64,000 bases of DNA from the human T2T-CHM13v2.0 reference genome, Homo sapiens. Location of the stretch: the NCBI RefSeq assembly GCF_009914755.1, contig NC_060947.1; one strand, given 5' to 3'. The notes under the pieces were generated by a model that did not search any database, was not told the DNA's origin, and saw only the letters and a list, made by a program, of their open reading frames with translations. The position numbers were made by a program, and so were the translations under genes. The first letter of the stretch is position 1; each line of letters opens with the position of its first letter. Below, one piece after another: positions 36,966-51,297 of this stretch.

Positions 36966-39203
36966 AGCTCTGTGCTCCAAATTTAAAACCTATCTTTGCA
37001 TGACAGAGATGCCAATATTTCAAACTTACTTAAATTACAAAGCAGGATTGGAAGACTATGGGACACCCATATGTGTTCTTATAGACTTACGTGGAACTGG
37101 GAGAATATACAGCAAAATAGCAACAATGTTCTTTTCTTGCTAGGGGAAATGTAATTGATTCATTTATTTTCTTATTTATGCCTTCAATATTTTCCAACAC
37201 ATCTGAAACACATGAATTACCTTGATAATTATAAAATATTATAAATATTTTAAAAGATGATTTAGACTACCAAAAATAAACATATATTCTTTAGTTGGCT
37301 TGTTTCCAATATTGATTAACCTCTTGCTTGATTCTTTTATTCAGCCTCTGATATGCTTACCATCTTTGTAACCAGAAAGAAACAAATAATTTGAAATAAA
37401 ATTAGTAGGCTATATGTTGTCACCCAGTTTCTTTCACACTTTCAAATACAATGCTAAAGAGGTAAGAAACTACCTTGTTTTTAAAGTCCTCCCTCTAGAA
37501 AAGTTAACTTATATTTTAAAGGAAAATTATATTTATATTTAAATCATATTCTACATGGCATGTTTGAATCCAGTATTTATATAAAGGACTGTGTATAGGC
37601 AGTCTTGGCAGAAGGAATTATTATGGTTATATTCATTATTATGAATGTTATTCATGTCTCTTCTCTAAGCTCACAATAAACAAATTATGTTTTTTAAAAA
37701 GTGCTTCAGTCATTATTGTCACTAATTCCAAGCAATGTCTGAAAATGCACTTTTCTTTAAACATTTCTTTATTTTGATAAGAATGATGCAACATTTCTTT
37801 ATTTTAATAAGAATGATGCAAGATTTTCAGAATAATGATCAACAATTTTCTCCACAGGTGATTACACATCACGGCTTCTTCAGTTAATACATGATTGTCT
37901 TTCACAAAGTCAATACCATGTAAAAATAACTGTAATTTATGATTTTATTAATATTTCTTCTGTACTGGAAGTGTTATGTGCTCATCCCACATATTTATTT
38001 TCTGTAATCACAGTTTCTCCATTTTAATGTTTTCATGCCCACACTGTCCTAACCAAGCCATTAGCGGTCTCTCACACTGATATGATTCTGTATTGTGTTG
38101 GGGCCTCAGAATTTTCTCAGCGCCATATTGTTTGTTTCTTTTTTTCCCTTGTAGAAGGAATACACACGCTTTTTCTTCCTGTGAGTACTTCCTTTACTTT
38201 TTGTTCCATAGCTTTTTTCCTAAAACTCATAAATCTCTGAATTTTACCAAATTATTTTGATCCAAATGTATGTCTATAGATTTTCAGATATAAAATATAT
38301 GCACATAATTTATTGCTTTGCAATGGAATAATCTCATAGTATTTTTATTTTTTCTTCTTTTAAAATATGAGTTCACGTTCTCAAAAAAAATGAAATGAGT
38401 AAACACTAGTATCTTTGCTAATACATTTTCTTGCTAACACCATTTTATATTCAGGCAGTATTTTTCCCCTTACAATATAAAAATGCTTTCTTATTTTTCC
38501 GTGTTCTCACCTTGTTTTCTTTATATGCTTTTGCTGTATATTTAAATGATTTGTGGGCTACTCCACACTTTTAAACAATTAAACATTACTACTAGATCAT
38601 AAGAGATTTGTTAATTTTAAGGTCATTTTTGCCCTTTCTTAAAACTCTTGTATCATATATCCCTCACTCTATATGTAGAGTTTCCTAGGCTTTTAGCTGT
38701 ACTCTTTAGCCATGGCTTCTCAACAATCCTGTTTCAAATATTTATCATTCTGACACTGGGTATTTCAGCTTCTCTGGTCTTTTCAAAGAGTCAGAATTTG
38801 GTTACATTGATATTAGTCATTGTTTTTCCAATTTTAATTTTATTAGTATCTGCTCTTATCTATATTATCCCCATCTCTCTCCTTGCCTTAGATTTGTTTT
38901 ACTTTTCTTTATGTAGTTTCTTAAGGGAGAAAGCTTAGATTATTGCTTAGATCTCTTTCTTTCTCTCTAATATGAACATGTAATGATATAAAGTTCCCTT
39001 TAAGCATGAGTTTGGCTGAATCTCACAAATTCTCATGTTGCAATTTTAACTTAATTGAAAATATTTTCTAATTTCCCTGAATTGTTTCTTCTGAAACATG
39101 GGTTATAAAAATGTGTTATATAATTTGCAAATATTTGAGGACTTTACAGATATTTCTTTTGTTATATTCTTCAGTGTTATTTCATTGTAATTAAAGAGCA
39201 TAC

Positions 39204-39562
39204 TGTCCTAGCCTCTTTTGTGCTACTATAACAGAGTACCACAGACTGGGTACTTTATAATGAACAGAAATTATTGGATCACAGTTCTGGAGGCTGGAAA
39301 GTCCAAGATTGAGGAGTCCACCATCTGGTGAAGGCCTTCCTATTGTGTCATCCCGTGGCAGAAGGACGAAAAGAAAGGGTGAGGGAGAACAAGGGATTAA
39401 ACTCACAGCCTCAAGGTCTTTCATAATCTGCATTAATCCATTCATGAGAGTGGAGACCTCATGACCTAAACACTCTCATTAGGTCCCATATCCCAACATT
39501 TTTACATTGGGGATTAAGTTTCCAACAAATGCTTTTGGGGGACACATTCAAAATATAATACA
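39204..39562. mobile_element. MST-type MaLR LTR
   Basis: tgctactataacagagtaccacagactggg...cacagttctggaggctggaaagtccaagat...ggacacattcaaa. Confidence 0.8.
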
Positions 39563-40938
39563 TACTTTGCATGATTTCAATTCTTTTAAATTTTTAAGTG
39601 GTGTTTTATGGCTCCTCTTGGTGAATATTCCATGTGTGCTTGAGTGTAATTTATATTTCCATGTTGTGTGTGGTGGTTTGCATGTGCAAATTAGATTAAG
39701 TTTGTTAATAGTGTCATTACAGTTCTTTCGTACTCAGAAATGTTCTGTTTACTTTATTATTTACTCAATGATGAGTATAAAAATCCCCAAATATAATTGT
39801 AGATTTGGCTATCATTTTAGTCCTATCAGTTTTTGTTTCATTTATCTGGAGGCTCTGCTTTTAGGTTCACACCTTTGGTATTGCTATATTCTTGGTGAAT
39901 TGAATCTTTTATCATTATGTAATGTCCCTGTTTATTCAAAGTAACTTTCCTTCTTATGAAAGCAAGAATTTCTGATGTTAATATTGTTAACTACAGTTTT
40001 CTCATTTTCTTATTTTATTTTTTTAAATTGTCAAATGATAAAACTCTTTTTTTCCCTTTTGCTGTATGTACAGTTTTAGGCTTTAACACTTGTACAGATT
40101 TGTGTAACCACAACCACAAGGAGAATGTGGAACTGTTTCATCGCCCTCTGCAAAAAAATTTCACGTGCTATTCATTTATAAAAGAAAAAAAGATAAATTA
40201 GACTTCCTCAAAATGAAAAACTCCTTTCCCTTCACACATAACCTTGACAACCACTCATCTGTTCTCCATCACTATAGTTTCGCTTTTTGGACAAAGTCAT
40301 ATAAATGGGAGAATAGAGAATGTAACTTGCTGAGACTGGTGTCTTTCACTTAGCACATTATATTTGAGGTTTATCCAGGTTGTTGTGTATATCAGCAGTT
40401 CATTCCTTCTTATTATTCAATAGTAATCCATTGTATGGATGCAACACAGATTATCCATCACTGTGGAAGGACATTTGCATTGTTTCCACATTTTGTAAAT
40501 ATGAATGCAGCTTATATAAAAATTGATGTGTAGGATTTTGTGTGAACATATGTTTTTATTTCTCTCAGGTGTGGCATTTCTGAGTCATACAGTAAGTGTA
40601 TGTTTATGAGTAATTACCCAATCATGTTCCACATCTGCTGTACCATTTTACATTCCCACTAATAATGTATAAGAGTCAAAGTTGTTCATTATTGCTATCA
40701 TTTTGTAATGCTGTTTTTAACTTAAAAATTTGTTTGAATTTTATTCTCTCTCAAATGTATGCATTTAATTTGCATTTCACTATTGCTAAAGATGTAGAAC
40801 AATTTTCCATGTGCTTACTGGCCATCCACATGTCTGCTTTGGGTGAAGTATGTATCGTTATCTTTTGGCAATTAAAATATTGTGTTGTTATTTTATCATA
40901 TTGGAGTTTTGAGAGCTCTTCATGTAATTTGCGCGTAA

Positions 40939-41241
<303 letters not shown>

Positions 41242-42184
41242 GTGTGTAAGACCATTATTAGATATATGATTGGCAAAAATGTTTCCAGTTTGTAGCTTGA
41301 CTTTTTATTCTTTCTCAAAGCAAACGTTTTTCGTTTCGAGGAAGTTTAATTTATCTTTTTTTCTTTTATGAGTCATTCTTTTGGTGTCATGTTTAAGACC
41401 TTTTTGCCTAACTCTAGGTCATGAAGACTTGACTCCATGTTTTCTTTTAAAACTTTTATAGTTTTTCATTTAACATCTAGATAATGCATTTTGAGTTAGT
41501 TTTTGTTTAAAGTGTGAGGTTTAGGTAGAGTTTCAATTTTTAACAAAACATGTCTAATCGTTCCAATAGCACTTATTGAAAAGCCAATATTTCTCAATTG
41601 AATAGCCTTAGTCTTTTGTAAAAATTGCTGGGCTGTATTTATGTGAGTCTGGTTCTGAACTCTATCTGGTTTTATTAATCTATGTCTCTGTCTCTTAGCT
41701 AAAACCACACCATCTTGATCACTATAGCTTTGTACACTATTGGCAGAAATGTAAATTTGTATAGCATCATTAAAAACAGTATGGAAGTTCCATTAAAAAA
41801 ATTAAAAATAGAACAAACATATGATCTGACAATCCTGCACTGGGTATCGATCTAAAGGAAATAAAATCACTATCTCAAAGAGATATCTGCACTTCTATGT
41901 TCATTGCAGCATTATCTTGGCTACTGTGGTAGCCAAGATATGGAAACAACTTAGGTATCAATCAACAAATGGGTAAATAAAGAAAATGTGATACGCACAC
42001 ATACACACGTGCAATGGAATATTACTCATCTTCTTTATTGAAGCATATTTTTTTCTGGGTATAGAATTCTAAATCAGCAGCTATATTTTTTCTGTGCTTT
42101 GAGCACATCATACTATTGTATTGTGTCTTCTATAGTTTCTGTTGAGAATTGAGCTGTCCATCTAATTATTTCTTTTTTGAAGGA

Positions 42185-42562
42185 TGATAGACTGAGTAAT
42201 AGCCTCCCCAAAAGATATCCACCTCCTAATCCCTGTAACCTCTGAATATTACCTTATATGACAATTTACTTTATAGGTCTGTATGAGAGAGTGGCAGAAA
42301 GAGATTTGACACAGACAAAAGAGAAAAAAGCAATGTGATCATGGAGGCAGAGATTGGAGTGATACAGCTACATGCCAAGGAATGCTGGTTGCCAGGTGGA
42401 AGAGGCAAAGAACAGCCTCTGGAGAGAGCACAACCCTGCTAGATTTTGGCTCAGTGATGCTGATTTCAGACTTCTAACCTCCAGAACTGTGAGAGAATAA
42501 ATTTCTTTTAAGCTACCAAAGTTGTGGTAGCTTGTTAAAGTAGGCATAGGAAAACGAATACC
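42185..42562 (+). mobile_element. MLT1-type LTR
   Basis: cctcccaaaagatatccacctcctaatccc...gacttctaacctccagaactgtgagagaataaatttc...ggaaaacgaatac. Confidence 0.75.
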
Positions 42563-42844
42563 TGATGATAATCTATAGAATATTTGTAGATGATTTGAAT
42601 AGGTATTTATTCAATTGCTGCCCATCCTTATCACCATTTACAGAGACTTTAAAAGGTTGTTTTTAAATAGTTTTTACTAGTTTCACTTGGCAGTGGGTCT
42701 GCAGAGTTCCTCATACTGTCATGCAAGAAGAAGTTTTCTCCTCTTCAGTTTTTAATTAGCAAAACTCTGCAGAGTCCTAAGGCCAGAACCCTTTTCCCAG
42801 ACTTCCCCAAAACTTACTCGCATGATTACTCTTCCTTCTATGAA

Positions 42845-44522
42845 CTTTTTTCTTTAACTTTTATTTTAGATTCAGGGATACACATGCAGGTTTGTTATAT
42901 AGGTAAATTGCATGTCACAGGAGTTTAGTGTACAGATTATTTTGTCACCCAGGATATAAGCATAGTACCGGATAGGTAGTTTTTCCATCCTCACCCTCTT
43001 CCACCCTCCACCCTCAAGCAGGTCCTGGTGTCTGCTGTTTCCTTCTTTGCGTCCATATACACACGAAGTTAACTCCCACTTATAAGTGAGAACATGAAGT
43101 ATTTGGTTTTCTGTTCCTGTGTTAGTTTGCTTAGGATGATGGCCCCTAGCTGCATCCATGTTGCTGCAAAGGACATGATCTCCTTCTTTTTTAGGGCTAC
43201 ATAGTATTCCATGGTGTATATCTACCATGTTTTCTTTATCCAGTCTACTATTGATAGACCGGTTCATTCCATGTCTTTGCTACTGTGAATAGTGTTTCTA
43301 TGAACATGCACGTACATGTGTCTTTATGGCAGAATAATTTCTGTTCCTTTAGGTACATACCCAATAATGAGATTGCCGGGTTGAATGGTAATTCTGCTTT
43401 AAGTTATTTCAGAAATTGCCAAGCTGCTTTCCACAGCAGCTTGACTAATTTATATTCCCACCAACAGTATAAGTGTTCCCTTTTCCCTGAAATCTTACCA
43501 TAACTGTTATTTTTTGACTTTTTATTAATCACCATTCTGACTGGTATGAGAAGGTATCTCATTGTGGTTTTGATTTGCATTGCTCTAATGATGAGTGATG
43601 TTGAACATTTTTTCATATTCTTGTTGGCTGCATGTATGTCTTCTTTTGAAAAGAGTCTGTTAATGACTTTTGGCCACTTTTTAATGGGGCTGTTTGCTTT
43701 TGCTTGTAAATTTAAGTTCTTTATAGATTCTGGATATTTGACCTTTGTTGGACGCGTATTTTGCAAATATTTTTCCCATTCTGTAGGTTATCTGTTTACT
43801 CTGTTGATAGTTTCATTTGCTGTGTACAAGCTCTTTAGTTTAGTTAGGTCCCATTTGTTAATTTTTGTTTTGGTTACAATTGCTTTTGGTGTCTTCGTCA
43901 AGAAGCCTTTGCACATTCCTATGTTGGTAATGCTATTTTCCAGGTTATCTTCCAGGGATTTTATAGTTTTAGGTTTTACACTGAAGTCTTTAATCCGTCT
44001 TGAGTTGATTTTTGAATATGGTGTAAGGAACGGGTCAAGTTTCAATCTTCTGCATATGGCTATCCAGTTATCCCAGTACCATCTTATTGAAAAGGAATTC
44101 CTTTCCCGATTGCTTGTTTTTGTCATCTTTGTTGAAGAGCAGATGGTTGTAGGTATGTGGCATTATTTCTGGGCTCTCTCTTATGTTCCATTTTTCTGCA
44201 TGTCTGTTTTTGTACCAGTGCCACAATGTTTTGGTTACTGTGGCCTTGTATATTTTGAAGTCGAGTACTATGTTGTGCTCAGCTTTGTTCTTTTTGCCGA
44301 GGATTGCCTTGGCTATTTGAGCTCATTTTTTGGTTCCACATGAATTTTAAAAGAGTTTTTTTTTTTTCTAATTCTGTGAAGCACGCCATTGATAGTTTGA
44401 TAGGAATAACATTGAATCTGTAAATTGCTTTGGGGGGTATGGCCATTTTAACAATATTGATTATCTCTATCTGTGAGCATTGAATGTTTTTCCATTTGTT
44501 TATATCATCTTTAATTTCTGTG
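42845..44522 (-). mobile_element. L1PA/PB 3' portion (ORF2 C-terminus and 3' UTR)
   Basis: Minus ORFs 43404-43766 and 43788-44126 translate to L1 ORF2-like text ([28 protein letters not shown]; CSTSLIIRAMQIKTTMRYLL). Confidence 0.9.
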
Positions 44523-45249
44523 GGCTACTACCTAAAATGTTTGCCTCTTTTCTTACATTCTCTTGAACTGGGATCTAATCTAAGTATAAAAATAGAACAT
44601 AATTGCTTTTCTTATGAAGGGCCAATATTTCCTGGCATGGCATTAATACTGTATTGCCCCTAACAGACTGGATTTAAATTTTGACTACCACATGGATGGC
44701 TGCTAGTATTTCCCTTGTTGTCAGTCAGATTTAGTGATAAAAATAAGAAACACCTAACTGACCTTCCCATAGGCTGCTATTATTCAGTTATTAAAATATA
44801 AAACAGATTTGAAATACATACCACACTGGGTCTCCAATTTTGAGGCAATTATTTTACTTTTAGACTAGCTCATAAAGCTTTTAGAAGTCCATCCTTTTGG
44901 CTTACAAAGCATCTACTTTGTTACTACCACCGTGCTGGGGTCCGTGCTGGACTGATTACAACTTTTTTGAAATGCAACATGGGACTATCATGTGCTTCGG
45001 ACCACACTTTTTGTCCCTTTTATGAATTTTTCCCCCAATTTCAAGTGCTTTACTTGAGACATGTATATTTGACCTTGGAGAAGTCATAACGCTGCATTTT
45101 CCCTCATGAGTTTATATTTACTCCAGTGGGAATTAGAGTAATCCTCTGTCTGAGGATTTTACTTGTCTGACCTTACTTCAGGTCCCTATCAGCTTCACTG
45201 GGGCCAAGGCAAAACTGCATTTATCAAAGAATTAAACATGCCACATGGT

Positions 45250-45377
45250 GGCGTGAACCTGGGAGGCGGAGTTTGCAGTGAGCCGAGATCGTGCCACTGC
45301 ACTCCAGCCTGGGCGACAGAGCAAGACTCTGTCACAAAAAAACAAACAAACAAATAAACCAAAAACAAGCAAACAAA
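45250..45377 (+). mobile_element. 5'-truncated Alu (about 85 nt plus tail) with 16-bp TSD
   Basis: ggcgtgaacctgggaggcgg...gactctgtc plus an A-rich tail, flanked by aaacatgccacatggt at 45234 and 45378. Confidence 0.9.
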
Positions 45378-45889
45378 AAACATGCCACATGGTTATTGAG
45401 CTCAAACTAAGAGTGTGTAAGCTGCACTAGATTGAATGTGCCCCACAGGATAAAGCAAACATCAGTTTCAGTATCCATTCTTAGATCTTATGTTTTCAAA
45501 TTTATAAATCAAGAGGTACAGGACCCCTTGGATTCCCTTTCTGATTTGGAACTCCAGGTGTGCTCCTTTGTGCAAAGACTGAGAATTGAAACAATTCACT
45601 GGAGGGAGAGAAAAGTCTCACTTGCAAGAATTTTATCCACTTCATACAGGAATATTATTCGCTAAACCCTAACAATATTCCCATCATTTTTCTTCTTTAC
45701 CCTGGTCTCAGCCATCATGAACTCTCACCTAGACTCTTGCAGTAGTTTTATAGATAATATCATAGACTAATTTTAACAGTGTAGCTTGGGTGATCCTTTT
45801 AAAAACTAAGTCAGATTAGAACATTTCTCTGATCAGGAGCCTTCACACTCTGAGGAATAGTCAAAGTACTTACAAATGACCAACAGATT

Positions 45890-46320
45890 GTGATAGTTAG
45901 TTAACTGTATGTGTCAACTTGACTGGGCTAAGGGATATCCAGAGAGATGGTAAAATGTTATTTCTGGGTGTGTCTGTGAGGGTTTTTCCAGAAAAGGTTA
46001 GCATATGAATAGGTAGACTGAATAAAGAAGATCACCCTCTCCAATGAGGGCTGGCATTTTCCAATCTGGCTAAGACCTCAAATAGAACAAAAAAGTAGAG
46101 GAAGGACACACTCTCTCTGCCTGAGCTAAGACATCCATCTTCTGCCCTCAAACATTGGTGCTCCTGGTTTTCAGGCCTTTGGACTTGAACCAGTACTTAT
46201 ACCAGCAGCCCATAGTTACTAGGGCCTTCAGACTCAAACTGCAACGTACATCATTGGCTCCTCTGGTTTTCAGTCTTTCAGCTTGGACTGGAACTGCACC
46301 CGGTCTTCCTGGAAGATAGC
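45890..46320 (+). mobile_element. MLT2-type (ERVL) LTR, 5' part
   Basis: tgtatgtgtcaacttgactgggctaagggatatccagagagatggtaaaatgttatttctgggtgtgtctgtgagggt. Confidence 0.8.
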
Positions 46321-47793
46321 AGTGCAACTGATAACATTTACTCAGTGATGAACTGAGATGGTAGAGAATGCATGGCAGATGCAAAATATCAAGTATTTGA
46401 GAATTGCAGAGGAATTAAATACAAGAAAAATAGAATGGGTGAACGGTGCTGGGAGCAATAAAAATATTGGAGAGAGGCAATCAAAGGCTGAGGGTGATTA
46501 GTTACCCATTAGAGGTTGTGTGTAAAATAGAAGACCTCCTTGGCAACATATAGAAACTCTACTTGCAGCCAGAAGGTAGGCAGGAAATGCTGACTATGAG
46601 ACCCGGGGCGTAATTATGAGAAGAGCAGGATAAATTCTAAATTTCTGGAGGTCAGCTACATAAAGGTCAGTGCCCTGATTGGTACCCTGAGACAAGAAGG
46701 AAGAACATCTAAGTTGATGTACTCTAGCATCTTGATTGCCCAAACTTCTCTGAACCTTCTAGGGGCTTTCAAAGGGGACCATTTCTCCCTATTAAAAAAC
46801 AGTACTCCATGCTTGCTTAAAGTCCATGTGACCTTTATAGACAATATGTATCCCCCTCAAGGTCTGCTTCCACTCACCCTCCCATATACCAGAGCAATAA
46901 CTAGCATTAAGTTACTGTATAACCTGGACAAAGAAGTGCTAAACTTGCTAGAAGATGAGACAAACTGTTTTCCAAAGGAGCTACAAGATCTAGCAAATAT
47001 ATACCATCAAACTGTGACGGTAAGCATGGGACTAGGTTCTGAGAATGTTGGATCAATGGAGGTGGAGCATAACGTTGGATAGGAGAGATATTATAGGTAT
47101 AGGAGTACTCTCCTGTAACAAAAGATGTAACAGCCTGGCCAGGCCCCTGGGAAACAGTGTTAATGTACTGTTTACATGGTTCTTAGAAGCATTAGGAAAG
47201 TGATGGGCCACACTAAGTGAAGGTAAAATGCCAGAACTGTCAAGACTGACAGTGGAAGAAGGGATCAAAACACTCAGAGAAATTAATGTGGAAGAGTGGA
47301 TATCCTGCATCAGACCAGAAAACCCACCGGAATGGCCGTGGGAGAGCCAGGAGGATGCTCGGTTTAGCACAGCAGTAAGTAAATAAGTAAGTACCAGTAA
47401 CATGAAGAAGTTCAGTGATGGGTATCTGAAGGTCAAGGTAGCCAGTAAAATATGCTGTTACAGAATCGGGTTCCCTATTAACAATAAGAGGATGCTTTAA
47501 TAATGGAGACCAGGTGATGGTGATTAACCGTTATAAGGAAGGTGAGCACAACTATCAGAATGAGCAACAACATCAAAGTAGCAGCCAGAGGTCTGACTTG
47601 AAGAGGGCTATGAAGATAATTATTAGAAAATAAATTTTCTAGTGGCAGATACCAAGGCTGTTGCTCCATCTATACCACCAAAATAATGGATAATCAGGAG
47701 GCAGATGAGGGACACTTCAATAAAAAGTCATGATTCCGTGCCTAGTTTCTGGATGTGAGCCATTCTTCAAACTCAGAATCCATTCAATGAATT

Positions 47794-47918
47794 TGTGTGT
47801 GTGTGTGTGTGTATACATAGACACACTAATTATTATGTATAATATGTACACTATTCATTATATATATGTGTATACTATTTTATATATATATATACACATT
47901 AACAAACATACATATATG

Positions 47919-47963
<45 letters not shown>

Positions 47964-47965
47964 TA
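47794..47965. repeat. (TG)n / (TA)n compound microsatellite
   Basis: Directly visible; the longest TG run is at ~47920-47956. Confidence 0.9.
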
Positions 47966-50086
47966 TTTTTTTCTCATCCTGGGCTGCGTCTCCTTCTACA
48001 CAAAGTTAACGACCAGGTGACTAGGTGCACTGCTTGCAGCTCCACTCACTGGGGAGATTTTTCCCCTCTACTGACTTTTAACATGAGTAACCACACTATG
48101 GGGCAACTGTAACACAGGGGTCTGGGCTACTGCTCTGGCACTGACTCTTGCCTTCTGGTGATGCTCAGGCTCAATTTAGGAAGGATTACTACTGGATATG
48201 TCTTTATGACTTGGTAGTTCTGATAGCAACTAGCTAGGAGGCACACAGTCACTTGGTGTCCCATGGTCAAGCATTGTCTCTATCAGGGCCCAAAAGCACA
48301 ATGGAAGCTAATTGTCTTACGTGGATGGCATGGCCATTCTCCAGAACCCTAGGGGTCTGTATGGCGATCCTCCCATGGGGAATGGCCTTAAACCCTACCC
48401 TGCCTCCTTTCTTATCACTGACACCTCTGACACTGCACGGTCTGTCAGATGAGATGGTCCAAGAATTGCTTGCACTGCAGCCAGGACCTACTGCAGATCC
48501 CTCTCTTGCTCCCAGCCTCTCTCACAACTCTCAGCCTTCCGTGTCACCCAGTGTGTGGACTGGAGAAGTTATCTTATGGGCGGGACATTTTCTCCCACAA
48601 ACCCTAAGAGGTCTACCAGGTGCACTACTTTCTTCTTTGCAGTGGGAGATTCAAGAGGCAGTGATTTGTCTTTTCCTTTGGTGGGGACATCCTGGCATGC
48701 CTTTGACCACTGGACCCTTAAAAACTTCACCGATGTAGAACTCTGAATCCCCATGGCCTTTATCTTCCAATCCTCTGGTGTGCACATGTCTTACTAAGGC
48801 CTCCAGTGTGCAGGCTACCTCTTACCTGTCCTGTCCAATCAGAATGATGGTGTCAGGGTAATGGATCAAAGTGATGTTTTTCATGATATCCTGACAGCCT
48901 AAATCTTGTATGACAATATTATGACTGGAGGTGTGAGAATTAACATAGCTTTTAGAAAAACTGTAAGTAAATGTTCTTATCTTGCCCACTGTTTTTAATC
49001 CTCTCTTCTAATTAGAATGGAAAAACACACACTTGCCAAATCTGTTGTATACCATGTACCTACTCTAGTGACAATATTTGCTAGCAACAATCACAGCAGC
49101 TGTGATCTGAACTACCACTTAGTGAAGCCCTGGCTTCATTAGCCAGGATCCATCCAGTTTCTACAGGGGCCAGACTGATGAATAAAATGGAGATGCAATA
49201 GGAACATCCTTAGGATATTGAAGGGTAGCATTAATTTCCTGTGTTTGGTTTGCAAAATTGTGTTTGATTTACTATCTTGGCAGGAGGAAGGTATTTTAAG
49301 AGGTTTTCACTTGGCTTTTCCCACTACAGAAGCTCTTATAACGATCAGAAACTCGATGTGGGGTTTACTCCAACTTCCAGGTACAGCAAATCCAATTATG
49401 CATTCCAGAACTGGGAGGATGTTTGGATGCGTCTGTGAATCTGATTGGCCCACTAAGAACTGTACTCCAGCCAGGACTAAATTTATTTATTGATTTCCAT
49501 AAGCCTGCAACTCTAACAGAGAAGCCTAATAATGCTTTAGTCTTCTGGTATCGGTGTTAATTTAGACCTATATCCAATAGTTCTTGAAATGTCTGGGTGT
49601 TCCCTCCTCTCCCAAGTGTACAATCACCTGAGTAAATAGATGGAAAACCCATTGGAAAAGGAGTGGGGATATAATCACAGTATATACTTGCCACGGTGTT
49701 GCAGTGTACTTCCTCCTTCAGACCTAGCCGCTTGTTCTGTCAGTAGGCTACAGTTCTGAAAATTGTCTCAGGTGCAATAACTGAGCAAAGCATCATGCCT
49801 TTCTAACTTGAGAAATCAGCCTTAGCTTTCTGATCCTGCATCCTTGCCTTTTGAGTGTAGATTTTAAGCAACACCTTTGTTTACTATTAATCTGTTCTTA
49901 CCTGCTTTGTTGACCATCTCTACAACTTCCTGTAGGTCAAGTTTCTGTGGATGCCCTTCCAACTTTGCTAGTTAACATAACAGACCCTGGTTTCTGGTGG
50001 TTAAGCACTGCTACTTGGTCTCTATTCCTTCAGGGCACTGTCATCCCCATTGCTATTAGCCATCTACTGTAGACTGAATGATTGTT

Positions 50087-50428
50087 GCCCTCAGATTCTT
50101 ATGTTGAAATCATAGCTCTTAATGTGAGAATATTTGGAAGTGGGACCTTTAGGGAGTGATTCGGTTATGAGGGTGGAGGCTTCACGAATGGAATCAGTGT
50201 CCTTATAAAAGATACTCCAGAGAGCTCCCTCACTTCTCCAGCCATGTCAGGACACAGTGAGAAGATGACTGTCTGTAAACCAGGAAGCAGGCTCTCACCA
50301 GACACAGAATCTGCCAGGGCCTTAATTGTGGAGGTCCAATCCTCCAGAACTATGAGAAATATTTTTTGTTGTTTATATGCTACCCAATTCATGGCATTTG
50401 TTTTAGCAGCCCAAACAGACCAAGACAC
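50087..50428 (+). mobile_element. MLT1A-type LTR nested in ERVL sequence
   Basis: tgtagactgaatg...ttatgttgaaatc...gcagcccaaacagaccaagaca. Confidence 0.8.
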
Positions 50429-50984
50429 CATCCAAGGTAATATTTCTGCTATGGTCAGTCCCGGCCTGCAGAGAATAACTACTTCATTTCTAAGTGGTGT
50501 TGGTGCTTCTTTGCATTCCTCGTGGTTTTGGGGAATTACATGCCCTCTGGGTCCTCTCATGGAACGTAATTGTCTTTGGGCCTCACCTAGTAGATGATAG
50601 TTCCAATCAATATATTGTAGCATGCAGATTTCCCTCAGTCTTTGAATCTTTTTTTTTTAATACTGTTTGCCGAGGCAACTCAGGCATTTCCACCTCACTC
50701 AGCGTTGATCATCACTTTCTTCAAGCTTCTAGGAGCCACTCTAGCAGAGATTTTTGACCCATCCCTTGGGTTTCTTGCCAGGTTTCAATCTCATGTCTTG
50801 AAAAACTGTCCAATGTCAATAGATTTCTGTTTATCCATTTTTATGTCTCAGTTATCTTAACAAAGGATCCTCAAAACAAGTCCCTGTGCTACCCCCCGAC
50901 CCCTTCTAGTACATGGCAGTTAATTCTTATAGCTCATCCGGGGTGTAATCTTTTATCTTTTTATGAGACCTAGGACTGTCCTAA

Positions 50985-51297
<313 letters not shown>

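Noticed and set aside
37760-37821. 30-bp tandem duplication
   Set aside because: Ordinary slippage in AT-rich DNA with no sign of function.
43546-44343. 265-aa hydrophobic ORF on the + strand
   Set aside because: It is the antisense reading of L1 ORF2, a common artefact.
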